Origin: Schmidtea polychroa
Lineage: Eukaryota
Assembly (NCBI GenBank): GCA_044892525.1
Contig: CM097885.1
Coordinates: 12,898,001 to 12,962,000 of the forward strand
DNA length: 64,000 nt
Direction of reading: 5' to 3'
Every line of letters starts with the position of its first letter. Position 1 is the stretch's first letter. Under the pieces are notes generated by a model that worked only from the letters and a program-made list of their open reading frames with translations, did not search any database and was not told where the DNA came from. Of this stretch, positions 12,329 to 24,096 are shown in pieces. Position numbers and translations under genes: made by a program.

Positions 12329-12793
12329 TTAGTTTAGGAAAAATTTTAAAAATTCCATGTCATCAATTACTGATTTAATATCTTTAATAATTTTATAAAC
12401 AAGTAAATGGTAATCCAATGTCTTTATACCGAGTATAACTACTTTACCACTATTGAATATGTTAACACACATTGGATTATATTTTATATATCTTAATGCC
12501 GGAAATATTTCTGGTTCATAAATACATTTCATATACTTTGATAAATCATTTAAAATAACATTTGATTCAATATCAGCAGTAACTGTAATCGATTGAATTT
12601 GTAAATCCTTGATTTCATATTTTAAATCTTCAACTTTGATCGATTTTTTACATCCCATTATTCGACATTTACCTGACTTGAAAAATATTATTGAATTTTT
12701 ACCGCTTCTGTCAACAATTTGTTGCGGTTTACCTTTTGGAAATTCCATATGAGATACATCAAATCTACCTTTATAATTTATATTACTAATCAT
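12329..12793 (-). CDS. TATA-binding protein (TBP)-like protein, 154 aa, intronless
   Basis: Two TBP repeats: ISNI...IIFFKSGKCRIMG and IQSI...YEPEIFPAL...NIFNSGKVVILG (canonical TBP: LIFSSGKMVCTG and YEPELFPGL...LIFVSGKVVLTG). Confidence 0.92.
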   Translation of the reverse strand: MISNINYKGRFDVSHMEFPKGKPQQIVDRSGKNSIIFFKSGKCRIMGCKKSIKVEDLKYEIKDLQIQSITVTADIESNVILNDLSKYMKCIYEPEIFPALRYIKYNPMCVNIFNSGKVVILGIKTLDYHLLVYKIIKDIKSVIDDMEFLKFFLN

Positions 12794-12882
12794 ATTTTTT
12801 CAAATAATTTTTCATCAAGTAAACTGATGAATTAAAACAAATATAAACAATATTAATATATATATATAACTAATTTTTTAAA

Positions 12883-13470
12883 ATGGAATTAAGAAATGAT
12901 GCTGTTTATCAAATTGTAGGTCCAAGCGGTAGCGGTAAAACTTTATTTGTTTGTAAATTATTACAATCAAAAATGTTCAAGTCAAAATTCAATAAAATAT
13001 ATTGGCATAGGGGTGCTGATGACGAACATGGTTTGACGCAAGAACAATTCTGTAAATTAAAAATGACAATAATAAAAGGATTTGATAAAAACTGGTCATC
13101 TAGATTACAACAAGGTGATGTAATTATTATTGATGATTTATATCAAGAAGCTAACAAAGAAAAAGATTTTAATAATTTATTTACAAAAATATCTCGACAT
13201 CAAGGTGTAACAGTTATTTTTATAACACAAAATCTGTTTCATCAGGGTGGGAGTCATCGAACTCGGAACTTGAATGTTCAATATCTCGTTATTTTCAAAA
13301 ATCCGAGGGATGCAACTGTTATTGATTTCATTGCAAGACAAGCATATCCAAACAATCGTAACTTTCTAATTGAATCATTTCAAGATGCAACCAAAATACC
13401 CCATGGATATTTATTCTTTGATTTTACTCAGCAATGCATGGATGATGTACGTATTAGGACAGATTTTTAA
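12883..13470 (+). CDS. A32-like (FtsK/HerA superfamily) DNA packaging ATPase of Polinton type
   Basis: Walker A GPSGSGKT, Walker B VIIIDD, arginine finger SRH, ITQ sensor, FKNPRD and HGYLFFD motifs. Confidence 0.93.
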   Translation: MELRNDAVYQIVGPSGSGKTLFVCKLLQSKMFKSKFNKIYWHRGADDEHGLTQEQFCKLKMTIIKGFDKNWSSRLQQGDVIIIDDLYQEANKEKDFNNLFTKISRHQGVTVIFITQNLFHQGGSHRTRNLNVQYLVIFKNPRDATVIDFIARQAYPNNRNFLIESFQDATKIPHGYLFFDFTQQCMDDVRIRTDF

Positions 13471-14710
13471 TAAAGATGGTGTAACAGTTTATAAACAAAT
13501 TAAATTCTGTCTGACTATTAGGCAAGTGTTATTTGTGGTATACTTTTTCAATGTCATTTCTTATCAATTCCCACCATAAAACACAGATACCTAAATATAA
13601 TATATATATTTTAAAGAATTAATTCATGTCTTACATTAATAATAATATTCTTCAGGTATGACGAGTACTTTACTTAATTGCTAAAACATCGGTTTTTCCC
13701 ATTTTTCTTGACATTCGTTGAAAGAAAGTTTACATAATTTAAATCTGATAAGTAAACATTCATGTTGAAGGACACCCACAATCAGCTAATTCATTTAAAA
13801 AAAAATCCAGAACATAAGTCATTTAGTGTTTCACCATTTTGCCTGGTTCATCTTCTTCATAATCCAATAATTCATGTTTTAATAAGAAATCTCTAAATCC
13901 AGAACATAAGTCCTTTAGTATTTCACCATTTTGTCTGGTTCATCTTCTTCATAGTTATATAATTCATTTTCTTCATTACTAAGTAAAATAATTAAAATAT
14001 TGTAGTAAATTCTTTATTTACTTACTTTATGGATACTAAAACAAAAGAAATAAAGTTATATGAAAAGTTTATTTAAATAATTTAAATTTAGTTATTTAAA
14101 AATATTTAAACAATTTAGTTCTTTAAGCATATTTAAACATTAACATTATTATATAGTACAATTTTATATAGTATTATAATATTATAATTTTATGTATTCT
14201 AAATTTATTAATAAATACAGTATAATTTTATATAATATTATAATATTATGTATTGTAAATTTAATATATCCTTCATTTAATTTTTTAAATTCAAAAATTT
14301 ATAATGAAGATTCTTTGAATTAAAAAATATTCTGTTAGTATTTCCAGGCAGAAAACAACGAATTCAATAATTAAAATCTTAATTTTCATGTTGTTAGGGT
14401 TGTGGCCAGAAGTTAATCGCCATCTAATCGTTTGTTCTCAATTTCGCTCATTTTTGTTCAAAACATTCAGGTGAGTTGTTATCTGGAAATTTTCTTTGAG
14501 CTCAGTTTTGTTAAAACACTCACGGTATTTTTAAGGGACGTGTCACTGGAAATAAATTAACAATGGGTAGTTGGTCTGAGCTGTCGATTTATTTTAGAAA
14601 TATGTATATTAAAAACATTTAAGTTATCATTCAGTAAAATAATATAATATTTTTGAGTATGTTTTAGTTAATTTATAAATAACAGTATTTTGATATATCA
14701 ATAAAGACCA

Positions 14711-16795
14711 TATACTCCTAGTTTATCCGACAAAATATTCTGTCCCCCTATGGGTATTGCTAGCAAGGGTACTGGTCACATTCAACATGTCGCAAGGCTA
14801 TATTAATCATTTAGAAATTCTTAGGTAATTTAGTGAGATGATCGTGAATATTTTAAATGTAACTTTACACTTATGTCGAGCGACTAATTTATTGGTTAAC
14901 TTTGTAGTCATTTAAAGCAAAAATTAATTTATTCATCTAATGTTCGTTACAATAGTTAATAATATGAGAAAAACATGGTCATTATTCATTGATAATTTTA
15001 AATTCTTTATCATTTGGAGTAAATTTGTTTGAGGCAAAAATATTTAAAGGAGTCATAATAAAAATATGGTTATCATTTAACCAATTAAGGGGCTTATTAG
15101 TTAGAAATATATATTATAAAGTAACAATTATTTTCTAATTTAATTAGATGATCATTAGACGTAATATATCTTTGCGAGAAATTTAAGATGTTTGAGTAAC
15201 CAAAACATGGATATTTTGTGAGATAAATTTATGAATATTGTTTAATTTTGTTATTTTTAGTCATTTAAAATAATATTTAGCAAAGGTAATTTAGCAAAAT
15301 ATCATTTATCCACCCGATAACAATATTCCTTCAATAGATTAACTGATATTCAACCTATTTAATTTCTGGTAATATAATTAAAATCATAAATTTCCTTCAA
15401 TAAAGTTAAAATTTCTTTAGTTGTCAATGTCCAACTCTTTTAAGTCAATATTTTTGATACCGTTACTTCATAATGAATGTCCGTCTTTATCATGTTAAAT
15501 AAAATAATTTAAAGCAATAACCTTTGATATCAATTATCTCTAAATATTTCAAATATTTCATTGACAAAACCAAGTAAATTAGTCATTAACCCTAAACACT
15601 TCAATAAAATCCTGGATAATTAATAGACTATTTCCCTTGAAACATTTCCAAAAAGAACATCACCCATTTAAATGATCAAAACATTTCCACCGTAACCGAT
15701 CCCTCACCAAATATTTCTACCCCTTTAAACATTCAACCGACAATAACCCCCTTAAATACTATATATTCTCAACTTAACTGAACCCTCACTAAATCCAACC
15801 GACTATAATTTCACCCACTTGAGCCCTTTAATATATCTTAAAATCTATAGAAAATTCTTCAAAATATGAATTTTATTTAATTGTTACAGACATTTTTCCA
15901 TTGAAATAATTTAGTAGCTAAATTCATGTAGTAAGAGCCCATTAAAAAATCAAAATTTACTAAAATCAATATTTTCTACAAATATTTCACCACATTTACC
16001 ATCAAATACCTAACTAGAAATGAAATATATCGATTGATCATAATTCTTCATCGATTCAGCTAATTATATAGCAATTATAACGTGATATATCTTTCAAAAT
16101 CACAAATTTCAGTATATTTTACAATAATTTTTACAAAAATTAAATAATAATAACTTGATTATTGTAAAAACTCTAATTATTAACCTAACTGTCATTAAAA
16201 ATATTATTATTTAAAAGTAAATTTAAAAACAAGTCAATAAAATATAGCAAATTATCAAGAAATTAATTAAATTTGTCTTAGAATTAACACTAAAACGTTA
16301 AATTTCAAAATATTCTTTCAATTATTCACAAAAAGGTTAGTAATAATGTTAGTAAAATCCCGCTAACTCTAAAAATTACCAACGAATTTAATGCTAAATA
16401 ATAACCAAAAATTTGCCTAAATAAAACACACCAGTACCTTTACGACCAGTACCCTTACGAGCAGTACATTAGTAACCTTTACCTTTGCGACCATTACCCA
16501 ATGTGTTAATAAATTTTAGTGTATATATAAAGTATAATATTTAGAATTTCTTTGTTAAAGTTCTGTCTTGAATATTTTTAACAGTACCTTTGCGACCTTT
16601 ACCTTTGTGACCACTACCCAATGTGTTAATAAATTTGAGTGTATATTTAAAGTATAATATTTAAAATTTCTTTGTTAAACTTTTGTCTTGAATATTTTTA
16701 GCAGTACATTTGTGACCTTTACCTTTGTGACCTTTACTTTTGTGACCATTACCCATAGGGGGACAGAATATTTTGTCGGATAGACTCGGACTATA
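14711..16795. mobile_element. Inverted-repeat-bounded segment (MITE-like) inside the Polinton
   Basis: 45-bp inverted repeats at 14711-14755 and 16751-16795 (3 mismatches), TA at both ends; tandem subrepeats at 16430-16760. Confidence 0.65.
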
Positions 16796-16815
16796 TATAA
16801 TTATAATACTTTGAA

Positions 16816-16902
<87 letters not shown>

Positions 16903-17188
16903 TTGTTGCATGTGTGGACACTAATAAGATTTTTTATACATTGTGTGTAATAATATGTTAAAGTTTTAGCAGTACCTTTGTGACCATTACCCTTAGAGGA
17001 ACAGAATATCTTGTCTGATAGACTATATATGATAATACAAAGTATGTGCAATAATTTTATTTTGTCAACTTAACCGTCAAAATAAGTTTTTAAAATAAAT
17101 TTTAAATTTTAAAATACCGCAACGTAATATATTTAAAAAGTATGATGAGTCATGTGTGTCTTTGTATGCAATATGTCTTTGTTATATA

Positions 17189-17874
17189 AAATTGAATATA
17201 AAGATGGGGAAAGCTGGTTTGTAAATATGTCAATACAGGGATATAAAATAGTTGAGAAAGATTTCATATCACTGATTTGGAAATTAGATAGTGCTCGAAT
17301 TTCTCTGGGATTTTAATAAATGTTTAGTTTTTAATACATCTTTTAATATGTCTTTTAATATAATTATTTACTATGAGTTAAGTATAGATGAATAATTTGT
17401 ATTTTTTAAAAGTTGAAAATATGTGTGTATGTAAAAGTTGGCTGAAAAATACATTATTTAAGGTGTTATGATTATGAATTTGAATTAAATAATGATGTCA
17501 TTTTATAGAGATTAAAATTCTATCTATATATTGTTTGAGTGAAAATATCTCAATTTGTTTAAAAAGATGTGTAAATTTAAAAATCGTGTACTAAAAATGA
17601 AATTTCAGAATTTTGATTACATCATAGTCTCATTTAACAGAGAATTAAATTTCAAGTATAATGACATAAAATATTCTTATAAAAAATTAAAATCAGTGAC
17701 GTAATCTACATCATAAAAAATTATTACGTAATCGATGATTAAAACAAAAAATAAAATTATTACGTAATCGATAATTAAAACAAAATTTAAATTTAAAAAA
17801 AAAATAAAAATAAAGGGGGGGGGGTATCTGGATCTAGAATGCACATGGATCTAGAGTGCACATAACTACCTACT
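17189..17874 (-). repeat. Right terminal inverted repeat of the Polinton-like element
   Basis: Reverse complement of 10388-11141; includes a copy of the 3' end of ORF 11014-11487. Confidence 0.93.
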
Positions 17875-19891
17875 AACTATGAACCCTTCTTTAAAAGGTG
17901 TACCTTTTCTTTGTGATTTATTTCTGGAAAACTGATCCAGTTTAAAATGTAAAAGAAGGTTTCCTTGGATTTAGAAATTAAACTTAGAGCGAACCGAGTT
18001 GCTCTGTTACGTAGGCTGCAATATGACATCTGTAATGATCTGGGAAACATTTGGAATCGTTTTTTTTAATAATCATGTTTTTCTATTTCAAAAATTATTG
18101 CTATATAAATAAATGATAAGATAAGCCTTTTGCTTTTAAGTATGCGTTAAATAAACAAAGTTCGATTTGAAATTGAAAAGGATTGTTTTATCATTTATTT
18201 GTTTAAGATTTAATTTATGCTGCTACCAAAAAATCATCATTTTATTATATTAAAAATATTGTTAAATAAACCTTCACAACCAACTCATGAATCGTTCATA
18301 TCAAATTCTAATGGCGTTACAATTAATTTTATCATGTCATTCCTAGCTGTAAACTTATTTTAACTTGGTTATGGAAACATTACAGGCAAATTAGTTTTAT
18401 AGCAATTGTCCATTTTTTGTTGAATGTAACCATATATATTGATGATTGTTATTCTAATTGTTTCCATTTTTTCCTTTCTACTTTTATCCAACAGTTTAGT
18501 AGTGAGTAAATCAAAATGGTATTTGTCTCAAATGTTTATATCTGCTACCATACTTACGGGATAATATTCTCTTGTGGGCTTAATGAATAAAGCGGTTACG
18601 CTATGGAACAAATGGTGCATTCTCCCTTATACACCCGTTTCCACATGTTAAAAGTCTCTATAATGCATGTTGGTGTGTTCATCAATCGATGACTCACCAT
18701 TTATGAGAGAGTTTATTTTATTTTTTCATTTTCAATTCAATTTTATTTATGATTTTAGAAGTAAGTTTTTTAAATTTAAGTACACTATAGGACATTGATT
18801 TATCATGCGGACATTCAATTAGCTAAAGATTTTCCATTTAAAATTAATTAATTATAAAAAAATATACAAGAATATGTCAGAAACTTCATCAGAATCGACT
18901 ATTTCATTACAAGAAATACATAGATGAATGCTCTTCAATAGACGGACGAACAAGAGCTTCGGTAGATCACGAGTAGACAATAGAATTTATAACAATATAC
19001 CAACAAATCGAGGTCTCAATTTTCAAAGATGAGCTAATCCATTTACAGTAATATATCTTCATTGACTATTCAAATAGAAAAATTGCCATATAATCCATTT
19101 TTGAACCCCATCGAAAGTGTTGAGCAAAATTAAAAATGGGGTAAGGACTAAAGTTTCTTCGGTTGATGGATTTTCCAGACAGATTTACCTTCAATGAATG
19201 ATTTACTGCAATATCCCAAGCAGTTAACAAGGAACTTCGAAAACCAGATCATAATAATTTCAAAAATCATATTAATAATCACATTAAAGATTCTTCCCTA
19301 AATTCTTGATATTTTAATAAAACTATGAAAAAGTTAATGTATATTATAATAAATAAATAAATATCTTACTTCTTTATTCATTATTTTAACAAAAAATCTT
19401 AAAATTAACTAAAATCCAGAACAAAGCTTATTTGACAAAGCTAAATGAATGTCTCATTTATGATAATTAAATGCGCTTTGGTGTATGTGTTCTGTGTTTG
19501 TATGTAAAATTATTTTTCTGTCACTTTGTCAATTCCTATAATAAAACTTTTAACATTCGGAACATTAAATTTTTGCACACAGGTAAGTTTGTGTGTTGCT
19601 ATAATATAATTTTATCGTTTTTTTTTAGATTATAGAAACTTTTATATTGTGGATTTAGGTGTATTGTATGTGTCAAATAAACGAGATGTTTATTTGTGCG
19701 TGTGTATGTTTTCAGTTTTTTTCTGCGTTTAAATTAAGCATGTGTTGTATGTGTATGTTTGTGTGTGTGTGATAAAATTTACTGTAAGATATTAGATTGA
19801 ATATCAAAATATTTTAAATGTTTTGGAGATTACTAGTTTTGTTTAAAAATACGAAACGAATCGATATATTTACTGATTCATAGTCAAGCTT

Positions 19892-19972
<81 letters not shown>

Positions 19973-21008
19973 AGAATCCGTTGATATTTCAAATAATGAA
20001 ACAAAAAATTATGAATGATATTGCACTAAGTATGGTATTAGGAAAAGAACATATATAAAATAATATTTTATATAAAAATTATACTCATTCAAAATTTATC
20101 AGGACCTGTTATATCAATGATATATATTTTACCTTCTCATCCATAAGATTCTAGTTTTCAAAGAGTCAAAAAGCTATAAAATAAAAACATGAGTTTTAAA
20201 ATTTTGGCAGAAAATAATTAAAAAATTATTCCATTGTATGAAATAGATATCAACATTGGAATAAGCTTCCGAGATTAGTTCTATAATAATTTTAGCAAAT
20301 TTGAAATTAATTTTGTGGAATAACAGAACAAATACCAAATAAAATTACCCAAGATTCATCATACCCAGAGCTGATTAGTTAAAATTAAAAGATTTATAGG
20401 ATAACACTTGACTATGAAGTTTGAAATGTTTGTGTTGGATAGAAAAAAAATAAACATTGATCTATAGTCACAATGAAAATGAATGAAATTCTAATGGAAA
20501 ACATAGAAATAGATTAAATATCACATAAGTTTTTATATCTAAACATAAAATAATTAATTCTAAAAAAGACACCAGTGAATTTATCAATCTTATTTTTTGT
20601 TAATTTTGTTGGAATATTTTAATTTTCACATGTTTCTTGGTGATTTAAAATTTTAAAAATTAATTTAAACTTTTAAAATTGGCTAAAATAATTAAATCAA
20701 ATAATATTTTAAAATGTATAAGAATGTTTAAAAATATAATTAAAATACATAATATTGAGTTTTGAAATTTTAATTTTGATTTTTTAAGGGGAAATGTTTC
20801 TAAAAGGGATTTTATTTGTTATTCTTTTTAATTTTTCTTAAATGATGTCCCAATTATAAAAACATTCCTTCACCAAGCTTTTTTATCCTAAATTCTTTAT
20901 GGTTCCACGACTTGAATAAACCATTTCCATATTTATGAATACATATTTATTCATATTCAATTCAGCAATGAATTTTATTTTCTTTTTTCTGTAAAATTTT
21001 ATATATAG

Positions 21009-21182
21009 GTTGGAACTTGGTCAATGAGCAGTAAATGGGGAAAGAAAAAGTCTAACCTTAGAATTGACGGTGTAACTTGGCCAGGAAATGAAATAAAGCC
21101 ACCAAGAGGAAGACCAGATAAATTTCGGTTAAGAGTTACAACGATTAAGGAAGTTCCATTTGTTCAATTTAGAGAATCAGAA
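21009..21182 (+). CDS. Nmdar2: NMDA receptor GluN2-like subunit, exon (ATD-S1 linker, start of S1)
   Basis: tatAG / GTGAGT; VGTWSMSSKWGKKKSNLRIDGVTWPG...LRVTTIKEVPFV. Confidence 0.92.
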
Positions 21183-21218
21183 GTGAGTTTTAGTCTTATG
21201 AGTTTTTAATTAAATATA

Positions 21219-22685
21219 CAGTAAAAGCCCTGTTATCCGAAATGTTTGTGAATGAGTGCATTTTTCTTGAATAATTGAATGTTTCATTAAAACTAGAAAT
21301 TCGCATCATTTCATGTTATTTTACGATTCTCATTTATTTTCAGAAACAAGAAAACAATTTTATTAAATACATTTCAAGTTGTTAATTACATTGGTCAGAC
21401 TGTATGGGCCGAGTCATGAGTGCCCGCAGGGGGACAAGGGTGGGCTTTCCTGCTCCGTCGATTGATTGAAAATAATAAATAATAAAAAATAATAATAAAG
21501 AATTTGCTGCTACAGTATGCCCTTCATTACTTCAGTGTTCTGTCCGTTTGTTCACCATATAATTATGATTCAGTAAATTAAAACTAAATTAAAACATTAC
21601 TAAAATTATTCCCCCCCCTAAAAAATTTTCTGTGGGCGCCCATGGACCGACTATCGATTGTATCCATTTAAATCAACTAAAAAATCGATATTCAAAAATT
21701 TATTATTATTTACAATATCCAAACAAGAGTATTATTTTACGCCACTAATATCTTGAGCAAGAAAATATCATTCTACAATCAATTTTATTAATTTAAATTA
21801 TATAATTATGTTTATATTTAAATTGTTAATATACGATTTACATACCATTCTTATTAAATTCTAAATTAAATAATATGCAATATTTTAATTAATTAATTAA
21901 TTTAGTTAAATATTATGGCTTATTTAATAAACGTTGATTGCAAGTAATAAATATATATTATAAGAGTAAAAATAGAAAGTGATGATTTCTTAGTAGCAAC
22001 ATTAATTAAATTTTAAACAATTAAATGATAATTTAGGTCTTTTGCTGCAAATAATATATTTAATACAAGTGAAAAAATGTTTGACTACACGATAGTCCTT
22101 GTCAATAGTTGAAAGTTTTTCATTTGTATTAAAAATATTATTTGCAGCAAAAGGCTTAAATTATCATTTAATTGTTTAAAAGTAAAAATTAAAAAAAAAA
22201 TATAAGAATACCCTAAATTTTTAAATAATTCATAAATTAAAATTCGCCTTTCTTCAGTTTGTTAATAATTACAATTTTATCCTGATTGATAACTCATTTC
22301 TGTCCCTTTTGTTTGTTCTTTCCAGGTAGAAGCCACATTATTATTTCTTAGTGGATTTGAAAAAGTTTGATTTTTATTAAATTTTATTTATAATTTACAA
22401 AGTATTTATCACGTATAGAACTACTTTGAATTATATACCAAATATACGTAATATTGCAATTATTACACAAAATTTAAATTTTTTTAATTTATATAAACTT
22501 TACACATTCATTTCAAATAGAATAATCCGTAAAGTAGAAAAATGTTAATGCAAAAGATATTTTATGTGAAGCCCGGAATAAAAAATAAATTTCTCTAGTA
22601 AAAGAGATTAAAAAATCTAAAAATTAAAATTCCTATATACTGAATGTTTTGGTTAATTGAATAGCAGATAATCGGGCTTTCACTG
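21219..22685. mobile_element. pogo/Tc1-type non-autonomous element
   Basis: TA|CAGTAAAAGCCCTGTTATCCG ... CAGATAATCGGGCTTTCACTG|TA. Confidence 0.65.
21415..21644. mobile_element. hAT-like MITE nested in the previous element
   Basis: TIRs CATGAGTGCCCGCAG / CTGTGGGCGCCCATG; degenerate 8-bp TSD ggccgagt / gaccgact. Confidence 0.55.
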
Positions 22686-23346
22686 TAAAGCTAATTTTTA
22701 AAAAAATATATATATTTAATATTTAATCAAAAATGTTTTGTCAACTGAATAAACTGTACGATTCTATTTAAATTAATTGAATAAAAATTATTAATATTAT
22801 ATTAATTTATATTAAGTGCATCATTAAATAAAAATTATTTAAAATTGAAATTTTATTATAAATTTAATTAATTATTCATTATACGATGTCTAAAATATTT
22901 AATAAATATTCGATAATATTTAATCAGTTTTATTAACATAAAAAATATATTAAAAAATTATTTTCTGGAATATTGTATAAATTGTCAACGAAACACCTCA
23001 ATAGGGAGGTGAATTGCAAATTATGACCAAATTTCTTTATGATTTCTTATATAATTGTTGGATTTTTAAAGAATTACCGCATTTTTACTTTTCAAATTTG
23101 TTTCAAACTGGAAATTAATATTTTTGTTTATTTTCTCGGAATTTCTGCAAAGTGTTTTTCTTTTTTTTTAAAAACAATTGAAAAATCTTTACTGGAATAT
23201 TATCAGATAAATAAAAAAAATACTGAACTAGAAAGTTCAAGGAGGAATTAGAAATTTGAATATCAAAGTCGATCAATGGTAAAAAGAATAAAAGATATTA
23301 ATAATAAAAATATCCAACTTTCCCTATAAGGGATAAATTGATCTTT

Positions 23347-24096
23347 TAGAGTCAGCATCGTGATTGGTGTAAAACATAGGTGGCCAAAGCGTTGACCGTG
23401 ATCTACCAGTAACCCGTGAAGCTTTTTCGGCCACACACTGTTTAATATTTCTGTTAAGGGTTCAAACCAATTTTGAATTAATAAATATTAATATTAATTT
23501 AAGAAATGCAGTTGATTCGCGTTTATGATTGCATTTATCTGAAAGACTTTTCTAAAACATAAATTTTCCTAAAATTCAATACATTTTTTTTCTACAATAA
23601 TTTCTGATTTGACCTTGTACCGCTTTTGAGTTTACGGAGCGATAGTTGATAAAAATACTGATGGAGGTGGATTGATATTGACATTAAAACTTTGGTGATG
23701 AATCAATAATAAACTATTTTTATATTGCATATTCAACTGTGTGTATTTTAACAACGGATATTATATACATACAAAGACAATACAAAAAATCACATTAAAA
23801 ACAAGAAGTAAAGTAAGTATTCCTCCCACAAACTTTACACTGCATACTTGCAACAACTTGTTTATATGATGTTAAAAATATACGCAAACATGAAGTCAAA
23901 TTATCATTTGTCAATCATAAACGCGAATCAACTGCATTTCTTAAATTAATATTAATATTTATTAATTCAAAATTGGTTTGAACCCTTAACAGAAATATTA
24001 AACAGTGTGTGACCGAAAAAGCTTCACGGGTTACTGGTAGATCACGGTCAACGCTTTGGCCACCTATGTTTTACACCAATCACGATGCTGACTCTA
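23347..24096. mobile_element. Foldback element with ~185-bp near-perfect inverted arms
   Basis: 23347-23531 is the reverse complement of 23912-24096, with one mismatch seen. Confidence 0.85.

Larger units (their letters stand above)
10388..17874. mobile_element. Polinton/Maverick-like element, 7487 bp, probably a non-autonomous deletion derivative
   Basis: Ends AGTAGGTAGTTATGTGCAC...GTGCACATAACTACCTACT; 6-bp TSD AACTAT at 10382-10387 and 17875-17880; ~700-bp TIRs; internal A32-like packaging ATPase. Confidence 0.92.

Noticed and set aside
12329..12793. Calling this the host's canonical TBP gene
   Set aside because: Too short and divergent, intronless, and enclosed by the TIRs and TSD of a mobile element.
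16430..16760. CRISPR-like repeat array
   Set aside because: Eukaryotic context, degenerate tandem units without unique spacers, and no cas genes.
10388..17874. Bacterial or phage contamination
   Set aside because: It sits inside a spliceosomal intron with a clean TSD and AATAAA signals, so it is an integrated element.
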